Shown: positions 23,611-37,010 of the stretch, piece after piece
Layout: each line of letters begins with the position of its first letter
How positions within the stretch are numbered: position 1 is the first letter of the stretch
Origin: Mobula hypostoma
Lineage: Eukaryota
Length of the DNA stretch: 64,000 nucleotides
Assembly (NCBI RefSeq): GCF_963921235.1
Contig: NC_086101.1
Location: forward strand, 86,304,001-86,368,000
Direction: 5' to 3'
Program-made: the position numbers and the translations under genes
The notes under the pieces: model-generated
What the model was told of the DNA's origin: nothing
The model's input: only the letters and a program-made list of their open reading frames with translations
The model's database searches: none

Positions 23611-24729
23611 TGGGTAGGGAAGGTAGTGAGAGTGGGTCATTATGACAGGTTAGTATGGTTGGCTGACAGTGTTGTCTCACTACAACTGTATTGAGGATAG
23701 TTAGCACTCAGAAGTGAAGAATTGAACCGGGGGTTCTTTGTGCCACAGGGTGTAGATACTCACTGCAGGTTTATCATCATTTAAACTGCAGATAAAACTT
23801 GTGCTTTGGCAATTGCAGGCACACCTAAAAGCTAAACTCACCCATTTTAATTAAAAGTATTTATTTTTCTTTCTCTTGTGCGAAGCTAATATGAATTTCA
23901 TTTAATTTCTTTATTCAGCCAGGGATCGCTTGTGGGGTGGCATGATATTGTGGTGGTTAGCACTATGCTTTACAGTATAGGCAACCCACTTCAATTACAG
24001 CCTTCAATTGAAGGGTGGAAGAACCTATTCCATGCTGTATCTCAATTAAAAATATGTAAATACTTTCATTAATAGGAATAAAAGTAGTAACTTTTATTTG
24101 TAACTTCACTAGCTTCAAAAATATATTAACCTAATTAAAGAACTGATTTGGAAAGAAAAAGAATCTCCCAGGAATAGCCTTTAAAACAGTTTTTAATACA
24201 TCACAGTTCCTGGGGTTTATATTAAAATCAGTGGGGAAACAATTTAGTTTTGCATCTGTTCTTCCTTTCTTCCAAGTGCCTTTCACCAAAATGCCTGTGG
24301 TGTCTGTCACCATTTCTTGTAACTGAGAAATGTGGCCAGGCAGAACACACAACTACAGCCTGCTGTATAATTTTGCAGAAAATGTACTTCTGAAGGGTCA
24401 AATATTTATGCTGTATGTTCGTGAAAGATCTGCTCCCAGACTTGCTTTAGAAGTGATCAACAATGTTTCCAGAATGACATGTTGCTTTCACCTTCTTCCA
24501 TACACAAGCACAGGTTTTTTTCTGTCACACAGAGTATTAGCACTTATTAACGGAGGGGTTGGGGTGATTTGATCTTAGATAGGAGTAACTGGTTAATGCC
24601 ATTACTCAAGTTTTGGAAGCTGAATACCTACCAGTACATTGTATTAATTGAATTTGTAGAGATAGATGCACATGGTTAATGAACTACTTGGCCTCCTGCC
24701 CTATAAATGTTTAAAGTGTGTTTGTTATC

Positions 24730-24985
24730 ATCTAAACCTAATTGCCCGCGAAATGTTGGAGTTTTGGTGTCACAAACAGGAGAGATCGTTTAGTAGATTT
24801 TCTTCCCTGAAGGACATTGTCGAACAAGGTATGCTTTTTTTTATCACAGTAGTTTCATGGTTTCATTATTAAGCCTTACTTTATTTCCAGATGATATTTA
24901 ATTACTTAAATTTGCCACATTCCATGTTGGATTCAAGCTCCTGCCTCCAGCTGTGTTGTTCAGAAGTTAGGTTGCGAGTTCACCT
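24730..24985 (-). mobile_element. Old tRNA-SINE-like repeat remnant
   Basis: agattttcttccctgaaggacatt...gtttcatgg...ggattcaagctc pattern; family assigned by recall only. Confidence 0.35.
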
Positions 24986-25699
24986 TGTCTGGTTCTATAA
25001 TTTTATCCAATGATAGGGGGCCCATATTGGAAAAAGCAAGGTATAAAAATAGGTATAATGTAATCAAATGCTTTTGAGGGTTTTATATTACAGTTATACA
25101 CAATGAAATTGTGTGGATTTATTTTTCAGAGCCTCTCATCCAAAATAGGCAGAGGTTGATCATAGTTTGAAATTTCACAATGTGGGTCATGTCGCAACTA
25201 ATTTTCTCACATTGCAGATGTAATATTAAATCTTTGTTAGTTGTGCAATATAAATAGGCACCTTTCAAAAGTTTTACAATAATAGAGAATTGCACACTGA
25301 CTAATTAAATAAAGGTTGTATGAAAGTATGTTTCAATCTATTAAAACTATACTTTCATAGTTGACATTGATTAAACATTTTCCTTGCTCATAAATTTAAC
25401 TTTAGCAGTATGATGAAAACTGCTTTCTTAAGCATATCACTTTTTAATGTAGTATTTAAAATTTTACCCAGTTGACTTAACTCATTGAGGATTTTGTGCT
25501 TTGTAACATCCAAGTGATTTCAACTGAAGCATCAATCAAAAAGCACCTTCAGATGATGTTGAGTATAATATATTACTAAATTGCTAATTTTGTCCAAACT
25601 GAGGATATTACACCATGTCCTCTTTGCAAAGCAAAAATCTTCAATATATAGAAATAATATTAAATACTATTGAAGTATTGTCTCTGTAGTAAAATGTAA

Positions 25700-26292
25700 A
25701 ATATTCAAGAGGACTAGAATATAAGAGTGAGGATGTAATGCTGAGGTTTTATAGGCATTGGTCAGACTGTATGTGTAGTATTGTGAGCATATCCAAGAAA
25801 GGATGTTCTGGCATTAGAGAGGGTTCAGAAGAGGTTTACGAGAATGACCCTGGGAATAAAAGGATTAATGGATAAGGAGCATTTAATAGCTCTTGGTCTG
25901 TACCCACTGGAGTTTAGAGAATGAAGGGTGATCTCATTAAAACCTACCAAATATTGAAAAAGCCTAGATCGGGTGGTCGTAGAGAGGATGCTTCCGATAG
26001 TGGGAGAGTCATTAAACAGAGGGCACAATCACAGACTACAAGGACATCTCTTTAGAACACAGATAAGGAATTTCTTTAAACAGGGTGATATATCTGTGGA
26101 AATCATTGCCACAGACTGCTGTGGAGGGCAAGTCTGGATATATTTAGAGCAGAGGTTCTTGATTCGTCAGGGTACAAAGGCTAAGGGCAGAAGTCAGGAA
26201 AATGGGGTTGAGCGAGAAAAATAAATCAGCCATGATTGAATGGCAGCGCAATGGGCTAAAAAGCTTGATTCTGCTCCAATGTCTATTGTCTT
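25700..26292 (+). mobile_element. CR1 LINE 3' fragment
   Basis: KDVLALERVQKRFTRMTLG, YPLEFRE, NRGHNHRLQG and the CR1 3' UTR. Confidence 0.8.
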
Positions 26293-26964
26293 GTATCATG
26301 CATCTTGTGTACAGTAATGTTCTAAAAGTAATAATGAGAATAATGCCTACAACAGACTAAAGAGGCGGCAGAAAGAAAAAATGTGCATATCTGCAATGGG
26401 CAAAATCTGACTGTGTCACAAAGGACATATTGTTCACACCAGGTTCATGACATTCAGAATAAAATGTAAATTATTCTAGCTTCAAACTGGAATTGTGGTG
26501 CAATTGCAGTAAAAATGAAGAGAAAACAAAATCTGTGCGGCACTGTGATCCCTGCACCTGGGTATATGGCATGAAATTAATCATTTTGACAAATAGGTGG
26601 GACCATGTTTGCTAGTGTGAAGCAGAGCTGTGCAGTTTGAACAATTGCCAATACTTTTAGTCAAAAGTGCTGTGGTGGTCTACTCTGCAGAGGTCTTAAA
26701 CTGTCCTTTGAGAATGACTTTGTCTGAATAATATTGTTTTATAATTTGGTCCAGAAAAAGAAAGCAAAGTCAGTCTTTTAGGAATCTGAACCTTCAACCA
26801 CAAAAATTCCAATAATCATGCATTTATTCAATTCAGCCTAGTACCAATGGTAAAAACACTTAAAATATTTAGACCCAATATATTTTCACCTTAAATCCCT
26901 TTTGACTTGCATGTTGATCCCATCCTGTTATGTTAAAGTTGTTAGTTGACATAATTATAATATA

Positions 26965-28439
26965 CAGTCCCTATAAAAAATATTCACCCCCCCCCCAAAG
27001 GTTTTATGTTTTATTGTTTTACAACACTGAATCACATTGGATTTCATTTGGCTTTTTTCATAGTGATCAACAGAAAAGACTCTTTTGTGTCAAAGTGAAA
27101 AGAAGCCTCTAAAAAATTGGTCAAAATGTATTACAATTATTGAAAACAAAATAACTAATTGCATAATACACATCCCCTTCAATTTTTGTAGATGTACTTC
27201 AGGCAGCAATTACAGCCTTGAGTTTGTGTGGATAGGTCTCTATCAGCTTTGCACATCTGGACACTGCAACTTTTACCCATTCTTCTTTAAAAAAACTGCT
27301 CAAGCTCTGTCAGATTGCATGTGGGTCATGAGTGAATGGCCCCTTTCAAGTTCAAGCACAAATTCTCAATTGGATTGATGTCTGGATTGTGACTTGGCCA
27401 CTGCAAGACATTAACTTTATTTTGTTGTATTCATTCTGCCCTTTACATTCACAAGCCTTCCAGGGCCTGCAGCAGTGAAGCACCCCACAGCATGATGTAG
27501 CCACCACTATGCTTCATGGTTAGGATGGTGTGTTTCTGATGGCTTACGCCAAACGTAGCATTTAGTCAGATGGTCAAAAAGCTCAATTTTGGTTTCATAA
27601 GACCATAGAATCTTCTTTCAGCTGACTTCAGAGTCTTTCACATGTCTTCTGGCAAACTCTAGCCAAGATTTTCATGTGAGTTTTTTTTAACAAAGGCTTT
27701 CTCTTTGCCACTCTCCCATAAATCTGCAACTGGTGAAGCACCTGGGCAACAGTTGTATGCGCAGTCTCTCCCATCTCAGCCATTGAGGTTTGTAGCTCCT
27801 CCAGAGTTGTCATATGTCTCTTGGTGGCCTCCCTCACTAGTCCCCTTCTTGCAATGTCATTCAGTTTTTGAGGACGGCCTGCTTTAGGCAGGTTTACACC
27901 TGTTCTATATTCTTTCCATTTCTTGCTAATTGACCTAACTGTACTCCAAGGGATATTCAGTGACTTGCAAATTTTCTTGTACCCATCTCCTGATTTGTCC
28001 TTTTCAATAACCTTTTCGAGGAGTTGCTTGGAGTGTTCTTTTGATTTTGTGGTGTAGTTTCTATCAGCATACTGACTCACCAGCAGTTGAACCTGTCAGA
28101 TACAGAGATACAATCAATTGAAACACTATGACTCCACACAAGTGATCTCCATTTAACTAACTATGTGACTTCTAAAACCAAATGGCTGCACCAGTGACAA
28201 TTTGATATGTCATATTAAAAGGGGTGAATACTAAGGCAATCAACTATTTTGTATTTTATATTTGTAATTAATTTAAATCCCTTTGTAGAGATCTGTTATC
28301 AATTTTACATGGAAGAGTCTTTTTCTATTTATCAGTGTCAAAAAAACCAAATTACATTCACTGTGATTCAATGTTGTAAAAGAATAAAACCTGAAAACTT
28401 CGGTGGGGGGGGGTGGTTGAAAACTTTTTAAAGGCATTG
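26965..28439 (-). mobile_element. Tc1/mariner transposon, degenerate with an internal deletion
   Basis: TA flanks; ~210 bp TIRs (cagtccctataaaaaatattcaccccc / ggg..gaaaactttttaaaggcattg). Transposase HTH region with GRPQKL in ORF 27628-28080, followed by WSYETKIELF, HSGGYIMLWGCF and WPSHNPDINPIENL. Confidence 0.92.
27628..28080 (-). pseudogene. Tc1 transposase N-terminal DNA-binding region (frameshifted; catalytic domain degenerate)
   Basis: SKEHSKQLLEKVIEK.KSGDGYKKICKSLNIPWSTVRSI.KKWKEY...GRPQKL; the first catalytic D reads Y and the second-D segment appears deleted. Confidence 0.85.
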
Positions 28440-28499
28440 TATTTGTGGGTAATAACATCATGGCAAGCGTTTCTTCATATGTTGTATATCGGAACAACA

Positions 28500-29010
28500 A
28501 AGGCAGAACCAAACATCAACAATAGAATAAGAGCATTAGTGGTTGTCCATCATGTTCAACAATTACAGGAAACCTGTGTAGGAGGTGTGGAAAAGCCATT
28601 GCACTGGAGCAATTCCACTCTCTTGACCTCAGAAGTTCGGGTTCAGTGATATGAACAAGAATCACAAACTGGAGACTTCTTTGATTGCAGTGGATGACCA
28701 TGACGTCTTCTGTGCCTGACCATGCCCTTTGCTCTCCAGGGAGCGTTGCAATATCATCTTCCTAGCCATTGGATCTCACCGTAGATCACATCTGTTCTGT
28801 ATGCCAGAGCTGACTTTGCATGTTAGGACAGGCAGTTCCCTATCTCACCGAGGCTAACCCGCCTGTCTGTCTAAGCGGTGAACTGGGGAGTGGCCACTGT
28901 CACATGCAACAGCTACTTGGAGCCACAGGTGAGAGCTGAGTCTCCAGTAGGGACCAAAGGTGAAAAAGCTTCCCCTGATTAGCCATGACCATCCCTCCCT
29001 AGATCCCATA
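28500..29010 (-). mobile_element. Unclassified RTE/SINE-like repeat
   Basis: GC-richer block with gcagtggatgaccatgacgtcttc; classification is weak. Confidence 0.3.
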
Positions 29011-29559
29011 ATAGCATTACACAGGAATACAGTAGTTCAAAAAACAAGGGAGATGATATTGATATTGGGCTAGCAATTAAAAGACATTGACTATTATTCC
29101 AGATATATAATTCCATACAAAAATAATAGAACACTTGAAAAACTCAGCAGGTTGAAGAGTACCTTCACCCAGTGTTTTGTTTTGTTGCAGATTGTAACTG
29201 TCTGTTTGGTATCGATGCAATTTTATGTCCCAGTCTGGCAGTTCAGAGCAGTAGTTAGTTAAATTAAATCTAGAATTAAAGTGACCGTATATAATGATAA
29301 TGGTTATAAAATGTTTAAAATAATCTTCCTTTCATGGTGAAAGTGCAACATCCTTGTATTATCTATCTCATGCATGACTCAAGATAATGACAGTAACTGA
29401 ATCTTACCTGTGCATGAAAATGAACAAAAATCTTAGAGCTGAAAGTCAGTTAAGGCTGAGAAATATGTTTTATTTTTGCCCTAGCTACAATCTTCAGAGT
29501 TATTTTTTTCCCAGAAAATTAATTATATTGTGCCATCCAAGACTGAACAGAAGAGTTGT

Positions 29560-29830
29560 CTCTGATTGAGAAGTTACAGATTCAGGCTTCACTCTAGAAC
29601 CTTTTGCACATGCCTCTATCACCAGTGTCAAATTCAGAGAGTGCCATGATGTCACTGCTATGTTTCAAATGGAACATAAAGCATAGAGAATTTCATGACA
29701 CTATATCAAGATAAACAGGGTATACACCTAGGCCTGGGCATCTATATTTGCCAGAAGACATGCATGTTGCATCTATGCCAGATAGTTCAGGTATCACTGG
29801 GGAATATGCTTTGCTGACACATCCATTTGC
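29560..29830 (+). mobile_element. Highly degenerate Deu-domain SINE (SacSINE/AmnSINE-like)
   Basis: ccagtg...gagagtg...tttcaaatggaacataaa...catgacactatatcaaga..aacaggg...cctgg resembles the Deu core as recalled. Confidence 0.35.
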
Positions 29831-30361
29831 AAGGTATAGTGTTCAATCTGTTACCTTTTATGCAACTTACACATTAACCTTGCAGAATTTTGATAATCAT
29901 AAACCTTTTTGCACAACGGTATGCCTGTGCCTCAAGTTCTTCATACAGATCAAATGCAAACCTCATTTTAAATTGAGGACTACTTGATGCCAAAAGAGCC
30001 AATACTGACATAAAAGTCCAGCATGCTATTTCTTTGACAAATACTTGTAAACTGATTGCAGAAGAAGACAAATGGATAGATGATCAGAACAATTAGTAGA
30101 GACAATAGAGATGCACCTGAATTATTGAATTCTGGTTTGATCATTTTTTGCAGCTTAGCTGTAAGAAATGGAGGTAAGAAAGGCTAACATGCTGAAATAT
30201 ATCATAGCTAAGAATTAGTGCAACAAAAAACAAACATTTTCCCCTTACTTGTCCCTCAGAATCTTCAACAACACTTCAATACCAATGATTCCTTGGAAAT
30301 ATAATTACTAAATTTGTTCAAATAAACTCCATTGTTACTTTATTAGCTGCAGGTTTGAGAT

Positions 30362-30440
30362 CAGGGGTTCCCAACCTTTTAATGTTATGGACCCCTACCA
30401 TTGGCCAAGAGGTCATTGGACCTCAGGTTGGGAACCCCTG
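30362..30440. mobile_element. hAT-type MITE
   Basis: Perfect 16-bp TIRs caggggttcccaacct / aggttgggaacccctg. Confidence 0.8.
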
Positions 30441-31936
30441 CTGTAATTAGTAAAAGTGATGTTACCTTGATTCTGATAAAACATCATCAACCTGAAATAT
30501 TAATTATTTTTCTCTTTTCACAGATGATTCATGACCTGCTGAATAATTCCTGAATTGTTTTTTTTAAAAAACTCTTGTTACTTTATTTTCTCTAAAACTC
30601 ATTATGGAATAAAATCCTAATGGAGAGCCTCGTAACGAAACATCAACTTTTTATTCCTCTCCATAGATGCTGCTTGGCCAGCTGAGTCCCTCCAGCATTT
30701 TGTACATGTCACTTGAGCAATCTTCTTAAATTTAAATGGAACTCTTCCTCTTCCAAATAGCCTCCAACAAACGAACCACATTTTATGCACTCAGTGTAGC
30801 GTCTTTGGTAAAGCATTAGATCAAAGCTTCCTAATCAAGTTTGAAGAGAGTATTAACCAAACCAAATTGACATGAATACCTTTTAAACAACTAGGAAATA
30901 ATATATACATTTACATGCTGCAAGTCTATAAACACCTATTGAAAACTAAGGCATTTATTGAATTAAATAAGTTATGAATTGACATTATCTGGATAAAATT
31001 GGGCTTTCATTTAGTTTATTTATAGGTGCTGGCAAGCTTTGCTATTTTAATTAAACTCTCATTTTTAAGCTGCATTTATTGCTTAAAAATCAAAACAACT
31101 TTAATCAATTACATTCACTGAGAACTTAAGCCAGATGCATGTTTCTTATTTTCAACTTTGATTTATTTGGCTTTCATTTTAAATGAAGATATGTGTGCAT
31201 AACAATGTGATATAAGTGATATTTCATATCACATTATCAACTTGGAGAAGGGTTCTTTATACATAATCTAATAAAGACTTGGCTGTGACTGACACAGTTG
31301 TCTGTATTTTTGTTGCATATATTCAGTCATTTCAAAAAATCAGTTGGAAGATGAGATAAATTGATTTGTTTCAAAGATTTTGCAACCTAAATGCATTTAG
31401 CTGAAAAATATTAAACTAATTCTAATTCAACATTTTCTAAGTCTTGGGCAAAGCTTGCAGTTTTCACTGTCATTATTATTCTTCCACTGTAGATAGAAAA
31501 AAATTCCATCAGGAACAATAAATGCAAGTTGATTCATAGAATTACATGGAATGAAGCCATTCAGCCCACCATTTCTATGCAAGCTGTTTGAAAGGGATAT
31601 CTAGTTAGTCTCCTTTTTCTTCTTTGTATATTTCTCCTTACAAGTACTTAACCCACAGGTTTCTAAACTTTTTATGCCACCGACACCAACCATTAACCGA
31701 CGGGGTCTATGGACCCCAAGATTTAACCAGTTCCCTTATGAATGTTATTCAGTCTCCTTCCATTATCCTTTTAGCACAAATCATGACCCACATAAGTTAC
31801 AATAATATCTCTAAATTATTTATAGAAATTAGAATAGTTGCTACAGTTGTCTCGACCTTGTTGAAGAGTAGAATAAGAGGGGTTAACAATTATGTTTTGC
31901 TTAGCTGCTGTCATTATAATTGATTTCACTTTATTG

Positions 31937-31983
<47 letters not shown>

Positions 31984-33029
31984 TCAGGTGAGTTAGCTGA
32001 CATGGGTAAGGCAGCATCTATAAAGGGAAATGTTTCTGGTCGATGTTGAATCTCCATTTTTCTCTAGCAGGAGTTCCCAACCTGGTGTCCATGTACCCCT
32101 CGGTTAAAGGTAGGGGCTCATAGCATAATAAAGGTTGGGACCCCTGGCTCCAAAGATTGTCCTTGATACATTGACTTCCTCCAGTCTTTTGTGTGTTTCT
32201 CAAGTTTCCAACATCTGCAGTCACTTGTGTCTCTAGTTAGCTAGCATACCCTCAGAATGGAAAGTGAATTTTTCTAAAGTGCAAACTGATTTTATATCTC
32301 TAAGCAGAATAAGCTTGATGTGATTTGTTAGTTCACTGTATCTTTTTTGCATTGGGTATTAAAATAAATTGCAAAAATACAGGTACTCCTCAGCTGGAAA
32401 GGTATTATTGAGAATTAAAGAATGAAAATAGGAGAATTTCTTTTTATGTCATTGAATCATAAATAATTATATTTTTATGCATAAGGATAAAGAGACAGTT
32501 AAATCCTATTTACATGTGGATTCAAATCTATTTCTGTATTTAATGCCTAGAGCATTGGCAATAATAGTTTTCAGCAACAAAATAAATGCATGATAACTAA
32601 AAAGCATTTGCTGAGGTCACAGATTTGCTAAGTTACTTTTTCTATTCATTGAGTAATATATCAAACTATTTATCAAAAATCAGTTTGCATCTACTCGCTT
32701 ATTTCATGTAGGGTTAGATTTCTGAATTTATCTTGAATCTTGCAACTCTCACAGAGTTGTAATATATATCATCGGTTTTATCTGTCGTGCACATAATAAA
32801 GGAACTATCGTTCCACTATGAAATAGTGTTCCACTGCTTCCAGTTACTTCAAAGCTCCATCCCACTCCAACTGTGATCTTTGGTCTCTTGCACTGTTCTA
32901 AAGAAGGCAAAGTATGAACTCAAGGAATAACACTTCATCTTCCTTTGAAGCATGCATCAGCGTTTAAGGCTTAACTTTCAAATCAGAAATTTCAGGTAAA
33001 CATCCTTCATAATTTGTGTCAGAACTGGT

Positions 33030-35600
33030 CAAGTCTTTAGCCAGAGAGAGGTGAGTCTGTGGATTTCATTACCACAGGTGACCATGGAGGCCAAATCATT
33101 GGGTATATTTAAGGGTATTCTTGATTAGTCAGGGAATGAAGGGATAAGGGGAGAAGGCAGGAGATTGGGGCAGAGATGGAAAATGGATCAATCATGATGA
33201 TATGGCAGAGCAGATGTCCCGATGTGCTAAATGGGCTAATTCTGCTCCTGAAATCTTATGGTCATATGGTAACAACATCTGTGCTTGACAAGTCAGGTGG
33301 CATCGGTGAAAATAACTGTCGCCACCTCTGTCAGCTGATGCCAATCCCTGTCATCTCGTTCATCCTGGTCTCCTCCCTGATATGCATTTCCATTGTTAAG
33401 ATATAGAATAGTTCTGCACAGGAACCTGTCCTTTGGCTCTCTGCCTACTTGCCTCCAGACATTTCCTTTGAATATTCCCACCTCTAAGGTTAAATGCATA
33501 CCTTCTAATTTTAGGTACTTCATCCCTAGGGAGAAAGGTACCAGCTGTCAACTCTATCGATGCCACTCATAATTTAAACTACTATAGGGTCTCCCCTCAG
33601 CATCCCTTGCTCCACAAAGGCAACCCTAGTTGGTTAACCACTCATTCTCGCTCATGCCCTCAAATCCAGGCAGCATCCTGCTCTTTCTGTAATGTGGTGA
33701 CTAGAAATGACACAACATTCAGAATGAGAACAAGTCTCATTGGCAGCAAATCATAATTTGAAAGTAGTAAGTAAGAGAGTGACATTGTTGCAAGGTGGGA
33801 GCCATTTGAAAAGAACAAGTCTCGTGGAGAGTGAGAGAGAGAGAGAGATCATTGCAAGCCATGTTCCCTGTAGTTTTTTTTACAGCGGCTCACACTAACC
33901 ATTGCACTGAGGAAGAAATCTGAACACAAGCTAAAATGGCACAGCTCTTTATATTAACATTATATAACAGAAAATTCCAGCTGTGTAATAACAAACACTG
34001 TTCGTTTAGAACAGAGATGAGGAGGAATTTCTTTAGCCAGAGGGTAGTGAATCTGTGGAATTCCTTGCCACAAAGGGCTATGGAGGCCAAGTCATTGAGT
34101 ATATTTAAAGCAGGCGTTGATAGGTTCTCGGTTAGTAAGGGTATTAAAGGTTATTGGGAGAAGGCTGAAGAATGAGAGGGATAATACATCAGCCATGTTG
34201 GAATATCAGAACACTCGATGGGTGAAATGCACTATGCCTTATGGTTTTATTCCAGGTGCAGCTGAAACAGAGAATCATAAAGCTGCAATTTCACTTCCTG
34301 ACTCTTGAACTCAATTTCTTGACTTAGAAAGGCAAGCAAGCCATATGCCTTCTTTACACACTATTAACCTTGGCAGGCACTTTCCAGGAGCTATGTACCT
34401 GGACCATGAAATCATCCTTTTTCAGCCTTCCTCACTATCCACAATGCCACCAAACTGTGCATCATCTGCAGTCTTAGTAACTTCATCCAAGTGTGTGTGT
34501 GTGTGTGTACACATTAACGTGGATAAATAGAATACTGTGCAAAATATAGTTAGGGTGTCCAACGCTTTTACATAGCAATGTATTTGTCCATATGGAGCAA
34601 AGAATGAGTTTCTACATCTGATGGGAGCAAAGGATGCTGGGAATGCACTGGGTGTAGCACTGTGGGAGGCTGTGGGACAGGTGGCAGAGAAGGGGTACAA
34701 TATGGAGGTGTGGTGCAGGTGCAGACCCACCCAGCCCTGAGGCACCAGGCAAGGTTATTCAATTCCATACAATCGATTTATTGAGTATTACAGAGGGTCT
34801 CTCTGATGCTTCCCGCTCCTTCCCCTTTCTCTTCCCATTTCCTCCCACCCTACCCCCTTCAGACATTTTTGACACTGCATTTGAAAGAAGTTGAGCATTT
34901 TGGGACTTTTTTCATGGAGCGTAAGAGATTGCGGGTTAATCAGAGAGGGGTGTATAAATAATGCTGGGAATATGCAGGGTGAATGCGCACAATCCTTTCT
35001 CAAATATTGGGGAATCAAGAACTAGAGGGCTTGCATGCAAGGTGAGAGAGCAGAGATTTCAAATGTTCATTTTATTATCGAAGTATGCGTGGAGAATACA
35101 ACTGTGAGGTTTGTCTTCAGCAGATGGCCACAAAATACAGAAAAATAACAAAAAGTCGCAAATGTCCCACACCCCTCCCCCCGCACAAAAACTAACAGAT
35201 CACCTAGACCCCCAGTACACAAATCAGCAACAAGAGGGAATGGCCAAGAACATGAAAAGAATAAGGAACTGAAAGTGGCCAATATGAACTACAGTCCAAT
35301 CCAGAAATCTCAGTGTTTCAAAAACACCTCCAAGAGATGCAACTGGAACTAATGGCCTGAATAGGAACCTGAAAGGCAACTTTTGCCACCAGGTAGGCAG
35401 TCTATATCTGGAATGAGCTACCAAAGGAAGTAGTGAAGGTACTGTAGGTATACTAACAAAGTTTTAGGGTATATGGTAAGTACATGGATAGAGAAGATTA
35501 TAAGAGATATGAGACATCTACAAACAAATGGGACTACTTTGTATGGGAATCGTGGTTAGTGTGTCATTTGGACTGAAGGGTCTGTTTCTAACTTTGACTC
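33030..35600. mobile_element. Mosaic of CR1 3' fragments in both orientations with inserted short repeats
   Basis: FRTEMRRNFFSQRVVNLWNSLPQRAMEAKSL (+, ~34003-34100); ADDAQFGGIVDSEEG (-, ~34425-34470); CR1 tails at ~33265, ~33400 and ~35590. Confidence 0.7.
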
Positions 35601-35924
35601 TAACTTTGCCCTGGGGAGGTCACTGTCAAAGCATGATATTTAATATGTACCTCATCACCCATCGCCTTAATTACCTTTATTAAGTGTGAAAGGCCTATGG
35701 CATGAAGTTAGTTTCAATTTAATTACTTACCTCATTCTTTTTCTTTCTAATTATTAGTAACCAGAGAATTTCCTCTAAAATTTCCTTCCACAGCAACTCT
35801 AATAGTAGCTCAGGATCTGTCCATGGCCTTTTTTTTATTTGTCAATTACCTATCTCTCCTCTACATGTAGTTTCAGGTTGTACATTATACTATCAACATG
35901 AACTTCTTCCTGACCACTATCCTT

Positions 35925-36352
35925 CAAAGTTCAAAGTGATATTTTTATCAAAGTATGTGTAAATTATACAACCTTGAGATTTGTCTCCTTACAGGCAGCC
36001 ACAAAACAAAGAAACCCAAAAGAACCGATTTAAACAAGATACAGTCAACCACCCAATGTGCAGAGAGAAAAAAAATCGTGCAAAAAATAAACACAAGCAA
36101 AAGCGTTCAGAACTGAAGTTTTATGAAAGGCATCACTGCAAATGGAGCAGGCCACAGTCTCAGTTCAGCGCAGCATCGAATAAATGCCCCGACACCACAG
36201 ACATGAAGCTAGGCTTCACTGCAGCTGAAGCAGGCCACCGCCTCAATTCAACATAGACATTGCGGAGCAGCGAGCAAAACCAGGCAGAATGGGCCCATCA
36301 CTTAGCTCCAGTCCCGACACCTTGACTTTTTCAATCTGGCTCGGCACTTAAA
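35925..36352 (-). mobile_element. Same unclassified repeat family as 1-370 and 54215-54640
   Basis: ttcaaagttcaaag...ttatcaaagtatgt...caggcagccacaaaacaaagaaacccaaaagaacc...gacttttt caat is shared among copies. Confidence 0.6.
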
Positions 36353-36529
36353 TCATATGCTCAGTCTTTCTACTGCTTTTAACTTGCAATGCCCTTTTAC
36401 TGACATCTGTTTTTGAATACACATAATTCTCTCCAATTGTACATTGTGTAAAACAAACTGATTAACTTCAATCGCTCCCAAAATTATTGTCCTTTGCCCA
36501 CCAGGTCCATCGTCCTCCCTGGTCATTGA

Positions 36530-36721
36530 CAAGGAGCTGAGAGATTTGATTTTTAACTTTATGTGAGGCACACACTTATCACATGGTATCATGATGACAT
36601 ATGCAATTCACGTATTTCAGCATATAACCCATAATGAATTATATAAACTATAATGAATGCTTAATCAAGCAATATGTATGCAAGCTAACTCAAATATTAC
36701 TGAAGTATTAAATAGACAGCA
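36530..36721 (-). repeat. 3' LTR (truncated at its distal end)
   Basis: caaggagc...cacacttatcacatggta..atgatgacatatgcaattcacgtattt...gaatgcttaatc...atattactgaagtattaaata aligns with 39552-39760; preceded on the minus strand by a purine tract at 36722-36730. Confidence 0.85.
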
Positions 36722-37010
36722 CTCCTCCCTGCTTAGCTATAAACTCCAACTCAATAGAGAATGCATCTCAACTGTATACTGTATAATACAACTACTCTAC
36801 AACAGTACAGTCAATTTTTAAATTGTCCACTTCACTGATGAGGCTTTCATGCTCTTATGGGATAACATCTTTCCTAACAAGCGGAATCACTCTGCTTGGC
36901 AGGTGAGAATTGTGGCTGTGAAAATAATCTCAGGTTCTGGGGTCTCCTCCGTGGGGTTGTAGGAATTGATGCCGAGATTGCAGGACATGGTTCTGACAGC
37001 TCTGGACACT